Assembly: GCA_030390025.1 (NCBI GenBank) | Contig: CM059432.1 | Span: 78,246,001 to 78,310,000 of the forward strand | Length of the DNA: 64,000 bases | Direction: 5' to 3' | From: Squalus acanthias | Taxonomy: Eukaryota | Shown: piece by piece, positions 47,976-59,872 of the stretch | How the letters are laid out: each line of letters opens with the position of its first letter | Position numbering within the stretch: position 1 is the stretch's first letter | Translations under genes and position numbers: made by a program | The notes under the pieces: model-generated | Databases searched by the model: none | What the model was told of the DNA's origin: nothing | The model's input: the letters and a program-made list of their open reading frames with translations, nothing else

Positions 47976-50309
47976 TTACACCTATTTTAAACTAAAGACT
48001 ATGGTGACAATTTTCTAGCCCTTGCCTAAGTATTGGACAGGAGTATCGCACCTGAAGTGTGCTCTTCTGTTCAGGCCCAGGAATGCTGGTATTTCGTGTC
48101 CTGGGCCTCGAAACCTCCAATCAAACCTCCAATATTGGGTCTTTTGGCTCCTGCTCTACTGGTTGGGGTGGGGGTGGGGGCGGGGGGAGCGGGTTCTCAA
48201 AAATCAAACAGAAACTTATCTTCCTGTCTTATGCTTGCCCCTGAGACCCCCACCAGACTCTCCAATTGGCAGGAGTCCAAGGCCAGACCATATGATTATG
48301 TTTCACTGGGAACCCAGTTAATGTTATCCTAGGAAAATGAGGTTGAAGACTGGGAATGGCCCCTTCCATCTCATTTGAATGCCTGCAATGGGCCAAGCTC
48401 TGCCCTGAAATCCCAGGGCAACATACAGTTGGGCAGGGATCTGGTGAAACACGTCTCTATCCCTTTTTCATGACCTTTTCCCCAAGGAAATAAATGTTCC
48501 TCAGGGGCAAAGCAAAGACAGAAAAATTGGCTCTGATATTTTACTATAAGGACCAAAAAGCAGCTAACCTGCCATATGTAGAGTTTCACTGGGGTGTAAA
48601 AGCAAGGATTGAAACACTTCCACACTTCTCTACCCATTGCTGGGATACTGGAAGACTGGTGTGATTAGGATTGATTGACCAAGCATTTAATTAAAAGCAG
48701 CCTTGGAGTGCTAACATAAACAGTCCTCTCTGTACTCCACTTGCCCCATACCAACATGCGGGGTCAAATCATCCCTGCCTTCACTCTATCACCACATTCC
48801 TTCTAGTGATCAAATCATCCCGAAACATTCAAAAGAAGGTGCAATCAGTCTCTTTCTCTATTCCATGTCTGTCCCTGCTTCAATGTTTGCTTCCCTGCTG
48901 CTTTCCCTTGGTGAAAAGTTAGCATGTTTATTGTCTACTTCCTAACCTTCTGTTCCTTCTAAGTGCCACTTCAGTGAGAGAAGCAGGTTTAGTCTCACAC
49001 TGCTGCTCACAAAGGGGACCCTTCGACTCAGCTGTGGCGAATGGCCCCTTTCTGTTAGGTCATGAAATGGCCCTTCTATCACTGCCTCTGCACTGGTTGG
49101 CCGCTGCTGACCCCTCTTCTGCAGTCTTCTGAGACAACCAACTCTGAGGGCTGAAATTCTTCCATCTCTCCTCCTGCCATATCCCAGCTCCTAGCTTGTG
49201 GATGACCAGGAATCTGCATTAGGATAGTCCTTTGCCCATCCCTGAAGAGCATAGTGCCCAACATCAAGATGCTTTCAAGCCAATCTCCTGGCCTCTGTAG
49301 ATCAGAAGTGAGAGTCACCTGCAAATTGAAGCTCAGGCTCTCAACAACCGACACAGCCTTGGTGAGCAAAACTGCATCAGCGATTGAGCTCTCTATCTTT
49401 TGGAGGCTCCTTAACAGGATGCCCTGGAGTTACCATTCACTCCATTGTGCTCAGCAGGTTCATGAAACCCTCTAATATGCCTACATAGATGTTGGAGCAG
49501 CATTGCTATATATTCTACAACATCCCATGCAGGGAATGCAAGATTCTCAAGACTTAATGAAGAGTTTCTACTAATTAATGAGTACAGCCTGGTATGGAAC
49601 CTCTAAAAGGTACAAATCAGTGGATTCTGCAGCATTTGCCCAAATATCTACACCTCTGCCCTCAGTTACCACCTCCACTTGCTTCTCCTCAGTGGTACTT
49701 GTGGATCATCCAGTGCTCCATCCTGACTCCCCTATTTAATTCCCACAAAGTGAATGTATCGGGGCTGATGCTTGCAGGGTCGGGACTGCATGATGGGGTG
49801 TTCATGAGATGGATCTGCTTCCTGCTCCTCCTTGGTCTCAGCTTCCTCACCTTGGAAAATTTTCTGAGGTCATTTTCTGAGTCTCCCCTATGGATTTATT
49901 GACAGGAATAGTTTTTGGCTCTTACGGTATCAAGCAGTTTTGAAAACTCCCAGTTCCCCCTCTAGTGTCCAGTTGAATACACTACCCTTCCCTAGGCTGA
50001 GTGTAAACCAGACTTTGCAAAACATAATATGCAAACTTTCAAATAACATAGTCCTTCAGGTACAACAAGGGTCTCCAAAAGGAGAACATGAGTAGTAGAT
50101 GGTTGATCTGGATAGTGATCGTGGCATCATCTGATTCAGAAGCACTAAAATCAGCATTGTGTTTTCCTTAAAGAAAGATGCATTGCTGGCCATTTAATGG
50201 TTACCTCTTTGAGCAGTTATACTGGAACCACAAACTTTTTCTCACAATAGTATAAATTGCAAATCACCATGTTAGCAAGGATGTGCTCACCAACATGGAT
50301 TTTACTAAA

Positions 50310-50756
50310 AGAAAGAACTCACATTTATAAAGCACCTTTTATGACCTCAGGATGTCCCAAAGTGCTTCATAGTCAATTAAGTACTTTTGAAGTGTCATCA
50401 CTGTTGTAATGTAGGGAATGCACCAGCCAAAATTCCACAAACAACAATGAGATAAATGATCAGATCATTTGTTTTAGTGATGTTGGCTGAGATATAAATT
50501 TTAACGAGGACACGGGGCGATCTCCCTTGCTGTTCTTCAGATAGTGCCATGGCTTTTTTTACACCCACCTAAGAGGGCAGATGGGGCCTTATTTTGGAAT
50601 CTCATCCAAAAGGCAGCACTTCAAACAGTGCAGTTCTCCCTCAGCACTGTAGTGAAGTGTCAGCCTAGGTTATGTGTTTAAGTCTCATAAACTGGGGCTT
50701 GAGCCCACAACCTTCTAACTCAGAGGTCAGAGTACGACCACTAAGCCACAACAGCC
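50310..50756 (-). mobile_element. Deu-domain SINE
   Basis: cactgttgtaatgtagg...cagcc...ccacaaacaacaatgagataaatgatcagat...atagtgccatgg matches the recalled Deu-domain core. Confidence 0.65.
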
Positions 50757-51199
50757 ACGAGGTTGAGTGTGCTGCTTTGATCAGCATATTCCTTCATTCG
50801 TACCTTAGTATTGTGATCTTTTACATAATCTTATCATTGTATTTGGAAGTGATAGCAGGATGCACTGTGGTTCTCAATTTTCAATGCCACTTTTGAATGA
50901 CACTAAAATAGCCAGCCACAAATTCTGAGGCTCTATGAGAATTATCAAGTAGTGCGTCCAGACTGCTCAATTGGATGGTTTATCTTGATAGCAATGATTT
51001 TGTGTATTCCTGTGTAACTACTGTGCTTGGCTTTACTCCACTGCGGATCATGGTATGATTAGGTATCGATTGCTTGATCTGAAGTTGGGTGTAATCATGT
51101 TTGTCTTCCCACTTGAAAATGCGACCTTTCGCTGTTAGATCTCACAAAAATGAGAAGTCGCACAACACCAGGTTATAGTCCAACAGATTTATTTAAAAT

Positions 51200-51235
51200 T
51201 ACAAGCTTTCGGAGCTGTCGCCCCTTCCTCAGGTA
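51200..51235 (-). ncRNA. Minimal type I hammerhead ribozyme (PLE-type)
   Basis: uac-CUGAGGA-a-GGGGC-gaca-GCUCC-GAAA-GCUU-gua: conserved core, 5-bp stem II, 3-bp stem I and palindromic AAGCUU in place of stem III. Confidence 0.75.
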
Positions 51236-52069
51236 GAGTTACTGTGAGACAATCTACCAGAATTCACAGAATATAAACACAGCGAAAATGCATTCAATCT
51301 TTCCCTACATCAAAGACACACTAAGAGCACAGCCAAGACAATGAGATGTGTCCCAGGGGGTCCAACGTGTCAAAACACCTGCTGGCTGCATATCCTCTCC
51401 ATTTGGGTTTGTTTCTTGTGTTTGTTTCTTGTGTTTGTTTTTTTAAAAAGCTGGAAAGACCGGCAACGATGTCAAGTCACGTTCTGTATCGTGACATGAA
51501 CCCGATATCCCGATTGAGGCCGTCCTCATGAGTGCGTAACTTGGCTATCAGTTTCTGCTCGATGATTTTGCGTTGTCGTGGATTCCGAAGGCCGCCTTGG
51601 AGAACGCTAACCCGCAGATCCGAGGCTGAATGCCCTTGACTGCTGAAGTGTTCCCCGAACAGCAGTCAAGGGCATTCAGCCTCGGATCTGCGGGTTGGCG
51701 TTCTCCAAGGCGGCCTTCGGGATACACGACAACGCAAAATGATCGAGCAGAAACTGATAGCCAAGTTACGCACTCATGAGGACGGCCTCAATCGGGATAT
51801 CGGGTTCATGTCACGATACAGAACGTGACTTGACATCGTTGCCGGTCTTTCCAGCTTTTTAAAAAAACAAACACAAGAAACAAACACAAGAAACAAACCC
51901 AAATGGAGAGGATATGCAGCCAGCAGGTGTCTTGACACGTTGGACCCCCTGGGACACATCTCATTGTCTTGGCTGTGCTCTTAGTGTGTCTTTGATGTAG
52001 GGAAAGATTGAATGCATTTTCGCTGTGTTTATATTCTGTGAATTCTGGTAGATTGTCTCACAGTAACTC

Positions 52070-52105
52070 TACCTGAGGAAGGGGCAACAGCTCTGAAAGC
52101 TTGTA
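52070..52105 (+). ncRNA. Minimal type I hammerhead ribozyme (PLE-type), mirror copy
   Basis: uac-CUGAGGA-a-GGGGC-aaca-GCUCU-GAAA-GCUU-gua; two CpG-type changes relative to the minus-strand copy. Confidence 0.72.
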
Positions 52106-52211
52106 ATTTTAAATAAATCTGTTGGACTATAACCTGGTGTTGTGCGACTTCTCATTTTTGTCCACCCCAGTCCAACGCCGGCATCTCCACATCAAGATCT
52201 CACAAAGGCTC

Positions 52212-55200
52212 TGTTGAGGCTGCCGCGAAACACGAATTAAGACTGAATCCATGTGTGGGAAAACAAAGGCTTTTTATACAACTGCATGGTCCAAAATGGC
52301 TGAACCGACTGCTCCCAGAAATCTCTGGAAAAATCCTGAGGCCCCGCCCACTCCTTTTCTCCTGCCTTAAAGGCAAGGTGCCTTAAAGGCAAGGTGCTCG
52401 ATATATTGTCCACGGACGGAAAAGTGGATAATGCCCATTTAGGTGGCGATCTGCCACACAGCTCCCCCCAGAATCCACTTAGGAGGTGTGGACGAGACGG
52501 TGCGGCGGTCTGATGGGCCGGCCGGAGCGGCTCTTGTAGGACGCCGGTGGACGTGGAACGGCCGGGTGTGGAGCAGCCGGGTGAACCGGCTTGAGGGCAG
52601 GTCGGCCGGGTGGTGGTGGACGAGCTACAGGGACCTGCTCACCGGGCTCCGAGTGTGCTGGCTTGAGTCGGTCAACCGACACTTTTTCGGTCCTGTCGCC
52701 CACTTGCAGGGTGAAAAATTTGTTCCCAGCCTGTAGCACCTTGTAGGGCCCGTCGTACGGGGGTTGAAGGAGTCCGCGGTGGGCGTCGTGCCGGACGAAA
52801 ACGAACCGTGCCTGGTGCAGGCTTAGTGGGACATGTGAGGTGGATTCGCTGTGTCGGGCAATGGGCACCGGGGCGAACTGCAGCGCCGGTGAGGCGAAGT
52901 CGTGGCGTTGCTGGTCGGCTGACCAGGGTGTCGTGGCGGTGGGCAGGAACTCGCCGGGTACGCGCAGCGGCTGACCGTACATGAGCTCTGCTGCCGATGC
53001 GTGGAGGTCTTCTTTAACCGTGGTGCGCAGGCCGAGGAGGACCCACGGAAGTCGGTCGGTCCAGGCGCCGTCCTGGAGGCTGGCTCGAAGAGAAGCCTTC
53101 AAGGATCTGTGGAACCGCTCACACAGTCCGTTGGCTTGGGGGTGGTACTCTGTGGTGCGGTGAATGGTCACCCCGAGATTGCGTGCGACGGCGGTCCAGA
53201 GTTCAGAGGTAAATTGCGGACCTCTGTCCGACGTCATGTCGGAGGGGACGCCGAACCATGCGACCCAGGTGCTGACGAAGGCTCTGGTGATGTCGGCGGT
53301 GGTGGTAGAGGTCAGTGGAATTGCCTCGGGCCAGCGCATGGTGCGGTCAACGATCGTCAGCAAGTGCGTGTGGCCTTGCGACGGCGGCAGGGGCCCGACG
53401 ATGTCCACGTGGATGTGGTCGAATCTACGCGAGGGGACGGTAAACTCCTTGAGGGGTGCTTTCGTGTGTTGCTGTACCTTGGCCCGTTAGCAGGCTAGGC
53501 AGGAGTTGGCCCAAGTACGCACAACCTTGCGAAGGCCGCGCCAGACAAAGCAGTTGGCTACCAATTTGATGGATGCGCGGGCGCCGGGGTGGGAGAGGTT
53601 GTGGAGAATGTCGAATACTCGGCGGCGCCAGGACACTAGGACGACGGGCCGAGGTTGACATAGGGATATGTCGCACTTGACCGTGACTGTGGTCGGGCCG
53701 CAGGCGACGTCGGCCAGGCGTAGCCCTGGTAGGTTGGTAGGTGCGGAGAGCAGATCAGGGTCGGTGATCTGGTCTGCGGCGAGTTGAGCGTAGTCGACTG
53801 CCAGGTGTGCGGCATGGTTGGCGGGGCGGGAGAGGCAGTCGGCTACCACATTGTCTCGGCCGGAGACGTGTTGGATGTCCGTAGTGAACTCGGACACTGC
53901 CGCGAGCTGGCGCTGCTGCCTGGCGGACCAGGGGTCGGTTGTCTTTGCCATTGTGAATGTCAGGGGCTTGTGGTCGACAAACGCAGTGAAGGGGTGGCCC
54001 TCAAGCAAAAACCGGAAATGGCGGAACACCAGGAACAGTGTGAGGAGCTCGCGGTCGAAGGTGCTGTACTTGACCTCCGGGGGGCGTAGTTGGCGGCTGA
54101 AGAAGGCAAGTGGTTGCCAGGCGCCGTCGACCCACTGCTCATACACGGCGCCGACCGCGTGGTCGGAGGCGTCCGTGGTGAGCGCTACCCTGGCATTGGG
54201 CCGTGGGTGCGCGAGCAGGGTGGCGTTGGCGAGCGCGGTCTTGGTGGAGTCGAAGGCGGCGGACGTGTCTGCCGTCCATTCGACCGCCATCTTGCCGCTC
54301 CTGCCCCGGAGGGCTTCATACAGGGGCCTCATGAGGGACGCCGCTTTGGGGATGAAGCGGTTATAGAAATTCACCATCCCGAGGAACTCCTGGAGGCCTT
54401 TGATGGTGGTGGGGCGGGGAAATTGTTGGACGGCCTGCACCTTGGTGGGCAGGGGAATGGCCCCAGCATGGTGGCCGAGGAAGTCGATCTTATCCAGGCC
54501 GAACTGGCATTTGGCTGGGCTGAGGATGAGCCCGTGGTCGCTGAGGCGCCCAAACAGGATGCGAAGGTATTCGAGGTGTTCCTGCTTGGAGGAACTGGCT
54601 ACCAAGATGTCGTCAAGGTAGATGAAAAGTAACTTCAGGTCCCGAAGGACCGAGTCCATGAGCCGTTGGAATGCCTGGGCTGCGTTTTTGAGGCCGAAGG
54701 GCATCCGCAGGAACTCGAACAGGCCAAAGGGGGTGATTACGGCCGTCTTGGGGACGTCCGCGGGGTGGACGGGGACTTGGTGGTAGCCGCGCACCAGGTC
54801 GACCTTGGAAAAGACTGAGCGGCCGGCCAGTCTAGCCGAGAAGTCCTGAATGTGCGGCACGGGATACCGATCAGGGGTGGTGGCGTCGTTGAGGCGCCGG
54901 TAATCCCTGCAGGGGCGCCAACCCCCACCTGGTTTGGGGGCGATGTGGAGTGGGGAGGCCCAGGGACTGTTGGAGCGGCGGATGATGCCGAGCTGTTCCA
55001 TGGTGGCAAACTCGGTCCGCGCGATCTCCAGTTTGGCCGGGTCCAGCCTGCGGGCGTGGGCGTACACTGGGGGGCCTGTGGTGGGGATGAAGTTTTCCAC
55101 CCCGTGTTTGGCGGCCTCCGCAGAGAAGGTCGGATTGGTAAGGGCCGGGAATTAGGCCAGGAGTGCCGAGTAGTCATCCGTGGCCCGGGCGTGGCACTGT

Positions 55201-56571
55201 GACGCCATGTCGGCGGGTTGACGGGGGGCCATGGCGCCCAGGATGGGGGACATGGTGTTCATGTCGACGAGGCGGTGACGAGGGATGTCTACCAGTAGGC
55301 CGTGGGCGCACAGGAAATCTGCGCCGATGAGAGGGGAGAGCACCTTGGCAGTGATGAACTCCCATCGGTAGCGGCGACCAGCGAGGTCGAGGGTGACTGT
55401 CCAGGGTGCCGTACGTCCGGATTTCCGAGCCGTTAGCAGCAGCCAGCGCCGGTCGTCGTTCGCCCTTTTGGATGTCGAGGGAGGAGGCCGGGATGATGCT
55501 GTGCTGAGCTCCAGTGTCGCACAGGAACCGGCGGCCGGTTTTGTCATCCGTGACGTACAGCAGGGAGCCCGCGTGGCCCACGGCCATCGCGGGGGCTGGT
55601 ACGGGGGCGGACTTGAAAGAGCAGGGAGGTGTGCACCGTTGTGCCCTGCCGCCGAACCGTGCGTGGTAGTAACAGTGGCCCGGGTTAGTGGGGCGCGAAG
55701 GCCCCGTGGGCCTGGTGGCTGGTCCTTGTGGCCGTGTGGTGGCCGGTGAGGGGCACGCCCAGGCATTGGCTGCCAGGTCCGGAGTGACGTCGTGGCTGGA
55801 GTGAGCAGACAGCAGCTTGTCGGCCTCATCGGCCAGGGCTTCCAGGTTCGTGAGGCCGAACACCACGATCGCTGGGCGGATGCTGAGAGGGAGCTGGCGG
55901 ATGAACAGCGTGCGGAAGAGGGATCCGGGTGGGCTCTCGTCGGTGAGGGAGAGCATGTGGGAGAGGAGGTCTGACGGTGAGGCATCACCGAGGCCTGGAA
56001 GGTCGAGGAGCTGGCAGTTTCGCTGATATGCCGAGGCCGTAAATTTTTTAAGGAGCGCTGCCTTGAGATGTGCATACTTGCCTTCCTCTGGTGGGTTCTG
56101 CAGCGCTGTCCAAACCTTCGAAACTGTGGCGCTACCGAGTGATGTGACGAGGTAGTCGTACTGCGTCCCATCTGTGGTGATGTTTCGCAGCCGGAAGCGG
56201 GATTCAGCTTGGAGAAACCAGGCTTTGGGCTGGTTTTCCCAAAACTCTGGCAGTTTCACGGAAACTGCGTTCGTGTCCGCCATTGCAGTGCTCGGAATAC
56301 GTTCTGAGCGTCGGGGTCACCAATGTTGAGGCTGCCGCGAAACACGAATTAAGACTGAATCCATGTGTGGGAAAACAAAGGCTTTTTAATACAACTGCAT
56401 GGTCCAAAATGGCTGAACCGACTGCTCCCAGAATTCTCTGGAAAAATCCTGAGGCCCCGCCCACTCCTTTTCTCCTGCCTTAAAGGCAAGGTGCCTTAAA
56501 GGCAAGGTGCGCGATATATTGTCCACGGACGGAAAAGTGGATAATGCTCGTTTAGGTGGCGATCCGCCACA
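52212..56571 (-). mobile_element. Full-length Ty3/Gypsy LTR retrotransposon, CsRn1 clade
   Basis: LTRs 52212-52458 and 56324-56571 (TG...CA; ~5 substitutions and 1 indel); TSD GCTC; PBS TGGTGACCCCGACG (56309-56322), complementary to the tRNA-Trp 3' end; PPT ggggggag next to the left LTR; Gag CHCC knuckle. Confidence 0.95.
52479..56283 (-). pseudogene. Gag-PR-RT-RNaseH-IN polyprotein of the Gypsy element, disrupted
   Basis: Gag AVSVKLPEFW and CYYHARFGGRAQRCTPPC; protease FLCDTGA; RT YLDD; RNase H TDAS; integrase HVDIVGP/SDRGPQF/ERFH and GPY. One frameshift near 55400 and in-frame stops at 55152 and 53487. Confidence 0.9.
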
Positions 56572-56635
56572 GCTCTGTAATTGTGGGAACTTGGGAATAA
56601 AATGGAAACAGTTAGTAGCTAGATCAGAAGAATTT

Positions 56636-57329
56636 GGCCTGGATGTTAACAGGGGCGGGTTACGTAGGCGGAGAGGCGGGGGGAGATTGGGGGGGGCGCG
56701 GAGTTTTGGACGGGAAACCTGAAAGTTCCCCGCATGCTGTGGAGTTTTAAATCCACAGCGTGTGTCTTTTGTACTTGGATGGTTCCCCGCCTGGAGTTCA
56801 GCCTGATTGACAGGTTTGTCTTCCAGTCAGGCGGGGAGGACTCCGGAGCAGGCCACAGGAGCAGGTAGGTTCGATCCACAACCCAGGGTTGGGGGGGTCC
56901 GATCCCTGACCCGGGGGCTGGTCTGATCCGGGGGGGAGATCCAATCCTGGGGGGGTCTGATCCCAGGGGGAGTCCGGTCCCCGACCTGGGGGGTTCTTTG
57001 TATGGGGGGGGTGAATTGATGGGGGGGAGCTTGGGGGGCTGGGGGCAAACATCCCTGCTCCTCCTGGCCCACAAACAGTGCTGTAAAGACACTTATCCTC
57101 TCCCCGAAGCTGTCCTCGCCTCCCTTCAGCTGCCGGGTTTCTGGGAAACACAGCTGGCAACTGTAAAACCTGCACCTGCAAAGCAGGTTAAAACAGAGGC
57201 TGCCAGCCTTATTAAAATATTTAACTTAAACCCGGAAGTGGGCGGGTTAGGGTTGGGTTTCAGGTTTTTAAAATGTTAACCTCTAACTCGAATCCAACCC
57301 ACCTGCTTTTGGGTTCTAAAATTCAGCCC
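56636..57329. mobile_element. Harbinger-like MITE
   Basis: Ends GGCCTGGATGTTA...TAAAATTCAGCCC with 3-bp TSD TTT; shares ccggaagtgggcgggtt subterminal sequence with 62511-63548. Confidence 0.6.
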
Positions 57330-58057
57330 TTTGTCTTAGAAATCCAGTGGGGGAGGGGCACACCCACCTGGCACCTCCGGCACTGATCTCTTTGAAGATT
57401 ACAGGATCTGGGGACTGGGGAGGTCCCTTAATTAGCAATAGCAGGCACCTACACCATTAGGGGTGTATCTCGGACACCTGCCTTGTTCCAGAGGCTGCAC
57501 ACTGCGCTGCAAGTTACCAGTCCAGGATTTTCTGCCCCCCCTCCCAACCTGAGAAGCATCTGATAATTGAACCCAGTAGCCCTCTTTATAAGGAGGGGCC
57601 AAAAACTCAAAATATTTATATCAACCTTCAGAGGTTCAGGACGCATTGTAGGTCTGACCCACAAGTTGGCCCTCACATTTGCCATTCAGTGGTCTAGTAA
57701 ACCTGGTTTCACCAGGCATACCACTACCAATGCTCTGCTGGGCCTCTGTATGGACATGGACATGAGAACTCCTGGTGTTGGCAGTTTTTGCCTCCCCCTG
57801 CCCCCTCGGATCTATGCCCTCTCCCATCCTCCTCTGTTGCTGGCCTTGTTTGGGGTGGGCAAAGATTCTGCCCCTTGCAAGGCCCTGTAAGGCTGGGAAT
57901 TGTTGGTCTGGTATTCTTGTTTTTGTAAAACGTCTGCGGACCACATCACAAACAAAGTGTAAAATTGCAGCAAAAGAAAGAAAAACCCAGAGTAAAAATT
58001 ATTTTAAAAAAAAAGTAGAAATTGTATTTTAATAGGTATTTTTTCAATTATAATCAG

Positions 58058-58230
58058 GCATCCAATCCATACTGGTCAACCCGTGGCAGCTCCACTGTTG
58101 GATCAGGGGGTCGTTTCCGTTGTCCTTCCTGTCGACATGAGGTGATTCTGGACAGACATGGAGTCTATGGGCTACAAAGAAACCTACTTGTTGAAAATAT
58201 AATTGAACTATACAAACAGGAGTCAATCAG
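58058..58230 (+). CDS. TRIM55: TRIM55-like coding exon 2 (end of RING plus MuRF-conserved box)
   Basis: cag acceptor and gtaatt donor; 173 nt, in frame with exon 1, encoding [57 protein letters not shown]. Confidence 0.92.
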
Positions 58231-59330
58231 GTAATTCTCCAGTATTAATGTCAACTTGTCCTGTAAATCGTCATTAAAACCTTGATACTTGAAGTTGAAA
58301 ATAAGAGTAATGCATTTTTAAAATAGATTTACCATCTTTATTTGGACTTTATGTATGAACAAAGCTTTCAGTGAACTATGCATGAGCTGTGATCAATGGT
58401 ATCTATTGCTGTTCACTGCTTAATGCACATTGTGTGATTCCATGTAAGGGAACTTAATTAACATACACTGTTGAAATGGGAAAGATAACAGAAATTCTCA
58501 GGTTAATGACAGTATCTGCTGAGGGTGGTTCTGCTCCCTCACACTATTGGACAGTTATTATTTCTAGGCAATCCCCCCTTTGCCCTGATGAAGTTATTGA
58601 AAGTTGTTGATTAGCAACAAAGATTTTTTTTTAATCAGAAAAAATGGCCAAAAGATTGTTAGTACTAATGATATTTCTTCCTAACAGTTTGATTTAAAAA
58701 GAATACTGACAATGAGATGCACAATCTTCTGAGATTAACTGATCGTGTTTCTAATATAATAATCAAAAAGTTGTTATTCAGCTCTCACTGAGTTTATGCA
58801 TGAAGTATCTGAGCCATTCGGAACAGGTAAGATGCGGGATTGGTCTCTGGTGTGTGCTGCATTTATTAATCTCAGCTGAGGTGCTACAATTGTCCTTAGC
58901 ACCCTGGGGTTAGGGATAGAAAAATGGTCTAAGGTTATCTCTACTGATATCTACTGGAAAGCACAGGAGCCTCAGGAAGAACAGATTAGGTTTGGCTGCT
59001 ATGTGTCCCGTGGTAGAATAGCCTGTTCGAATTCACTGTCAAGGCTCACAAATGAATTGACAAGTTTTGGATATTTTTGACAATTGTTTGGGCAAGTACC
59101 AGATGGCAACCAGATGGAACTGGATCCCAGCAAGAAGTCAGTGCCTTCAGGAGAGGAGAGGAAAGTAGAAAAATTGTCAAAAATAACCAAAACTTGTCAT
59201 TCCTGCAAAAGTAGCCTACATTATAATGCCTAATGACTTGAAATAGTCATGTAGATCATAGGTTATAAATTACAATGTGAAAAGGATAGCAATAGAATAT
59301 ATGAGTATCTTCAAAGTATTAGTCTTATTG

Positions 59331-59872
59331 CAAATCCATTGGCAGGATAGGTGCACCAACGTCAGTGTTCTCGCTCAAGCCAACCTCCCCAGCATCGAAG
59401 CTTTGACCATGCTCGATCAGCTCCGATGGACGGGTCACATCGTCCGCATGCCCGATATGAGACTCACAAAACAAGCACTCTACTCGGAGCTCTGACATGG
59501 CAAGAGAGCCCCAGGTGGGCAGAGGAAATGCTTCAAGGACACCCTCAAAGCCTCGTTTAAAAAGTGCAACATCCCCACTGACACCTGGGAATCCCTGGCC
59601 CAAGACCACACAAAGTGGAGGAGAAGCATCCGGGAAGGCGCCGAATACCTCGAGTCTCTTCGCCGGGAGCAAGCGGAAGCCAAGCGCAGGCAGCGCAAGG
59701 AGCGCACGTCAACCCAAGCACCCCACCCACCTGCCCCTTCCACCACCGTCTGCCCCACCTGTGACAGAGACTGTAGGTCCCGCATTGGACTCATCAGTCA
59801 CCTGAGAACTCATTTTTAATGTGAAAGCAAGTCATCCTCGGTTCCGAGGGACTGCCTAAGAGAAGAAGAAGA
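59331..59872 (+). mobile_element. RTE-clade LINE, 5'-truncated
   Basis: QLRWTGHIVRMPD.RL.KQALYSEL, GGQRK.FKDTLK and C-terminal CPTC...SRIGLISHLRTH; (GAA)n tail; 10-bp TSD AGTCTTATTG at 59321 and 59873. Confidence 0.9.

Larger units (their letters stand above)
51144..52194. mobile_element. Penelope-like element: two inverted pLTRs (51144-51645 and 51660-52161) plus a 33-nt tail extension
   Basis: 502-bp arms, ~7 mismatches counted by eye, 14-nt spacer. Each arm encodes a GIY-YIG C-terminus (HF.SQGHSASDLRV.VLQGGL...EQKLIAKLRTHEDGLNRD). TSD AGATCTC(ACAAA) at 51137 and 52195. Confidence 0.88.

Noticed and set aside
51346..51959. Two near-identical 61-aa ORFs on opposite strands (toxin/antitoxin-like or small membrane protein)
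   Set aside because: They are a by-product of the palindrome and lie antisense to the real GIY-YIG remnant and pLTR.
52443..56026. Numerous + strand ORFs overlapping the Gypsy element
   Set aside because: These are antisense shadow ORFs expected in GC-rich coding DNA and show no recognisable domains.
58800..59170. Ancient SINE-like relic (similar traces near 7330-7600 and 13900-14180)
   Set aside because: Too diverged to assign a family or boundaries without a repeat-library search.
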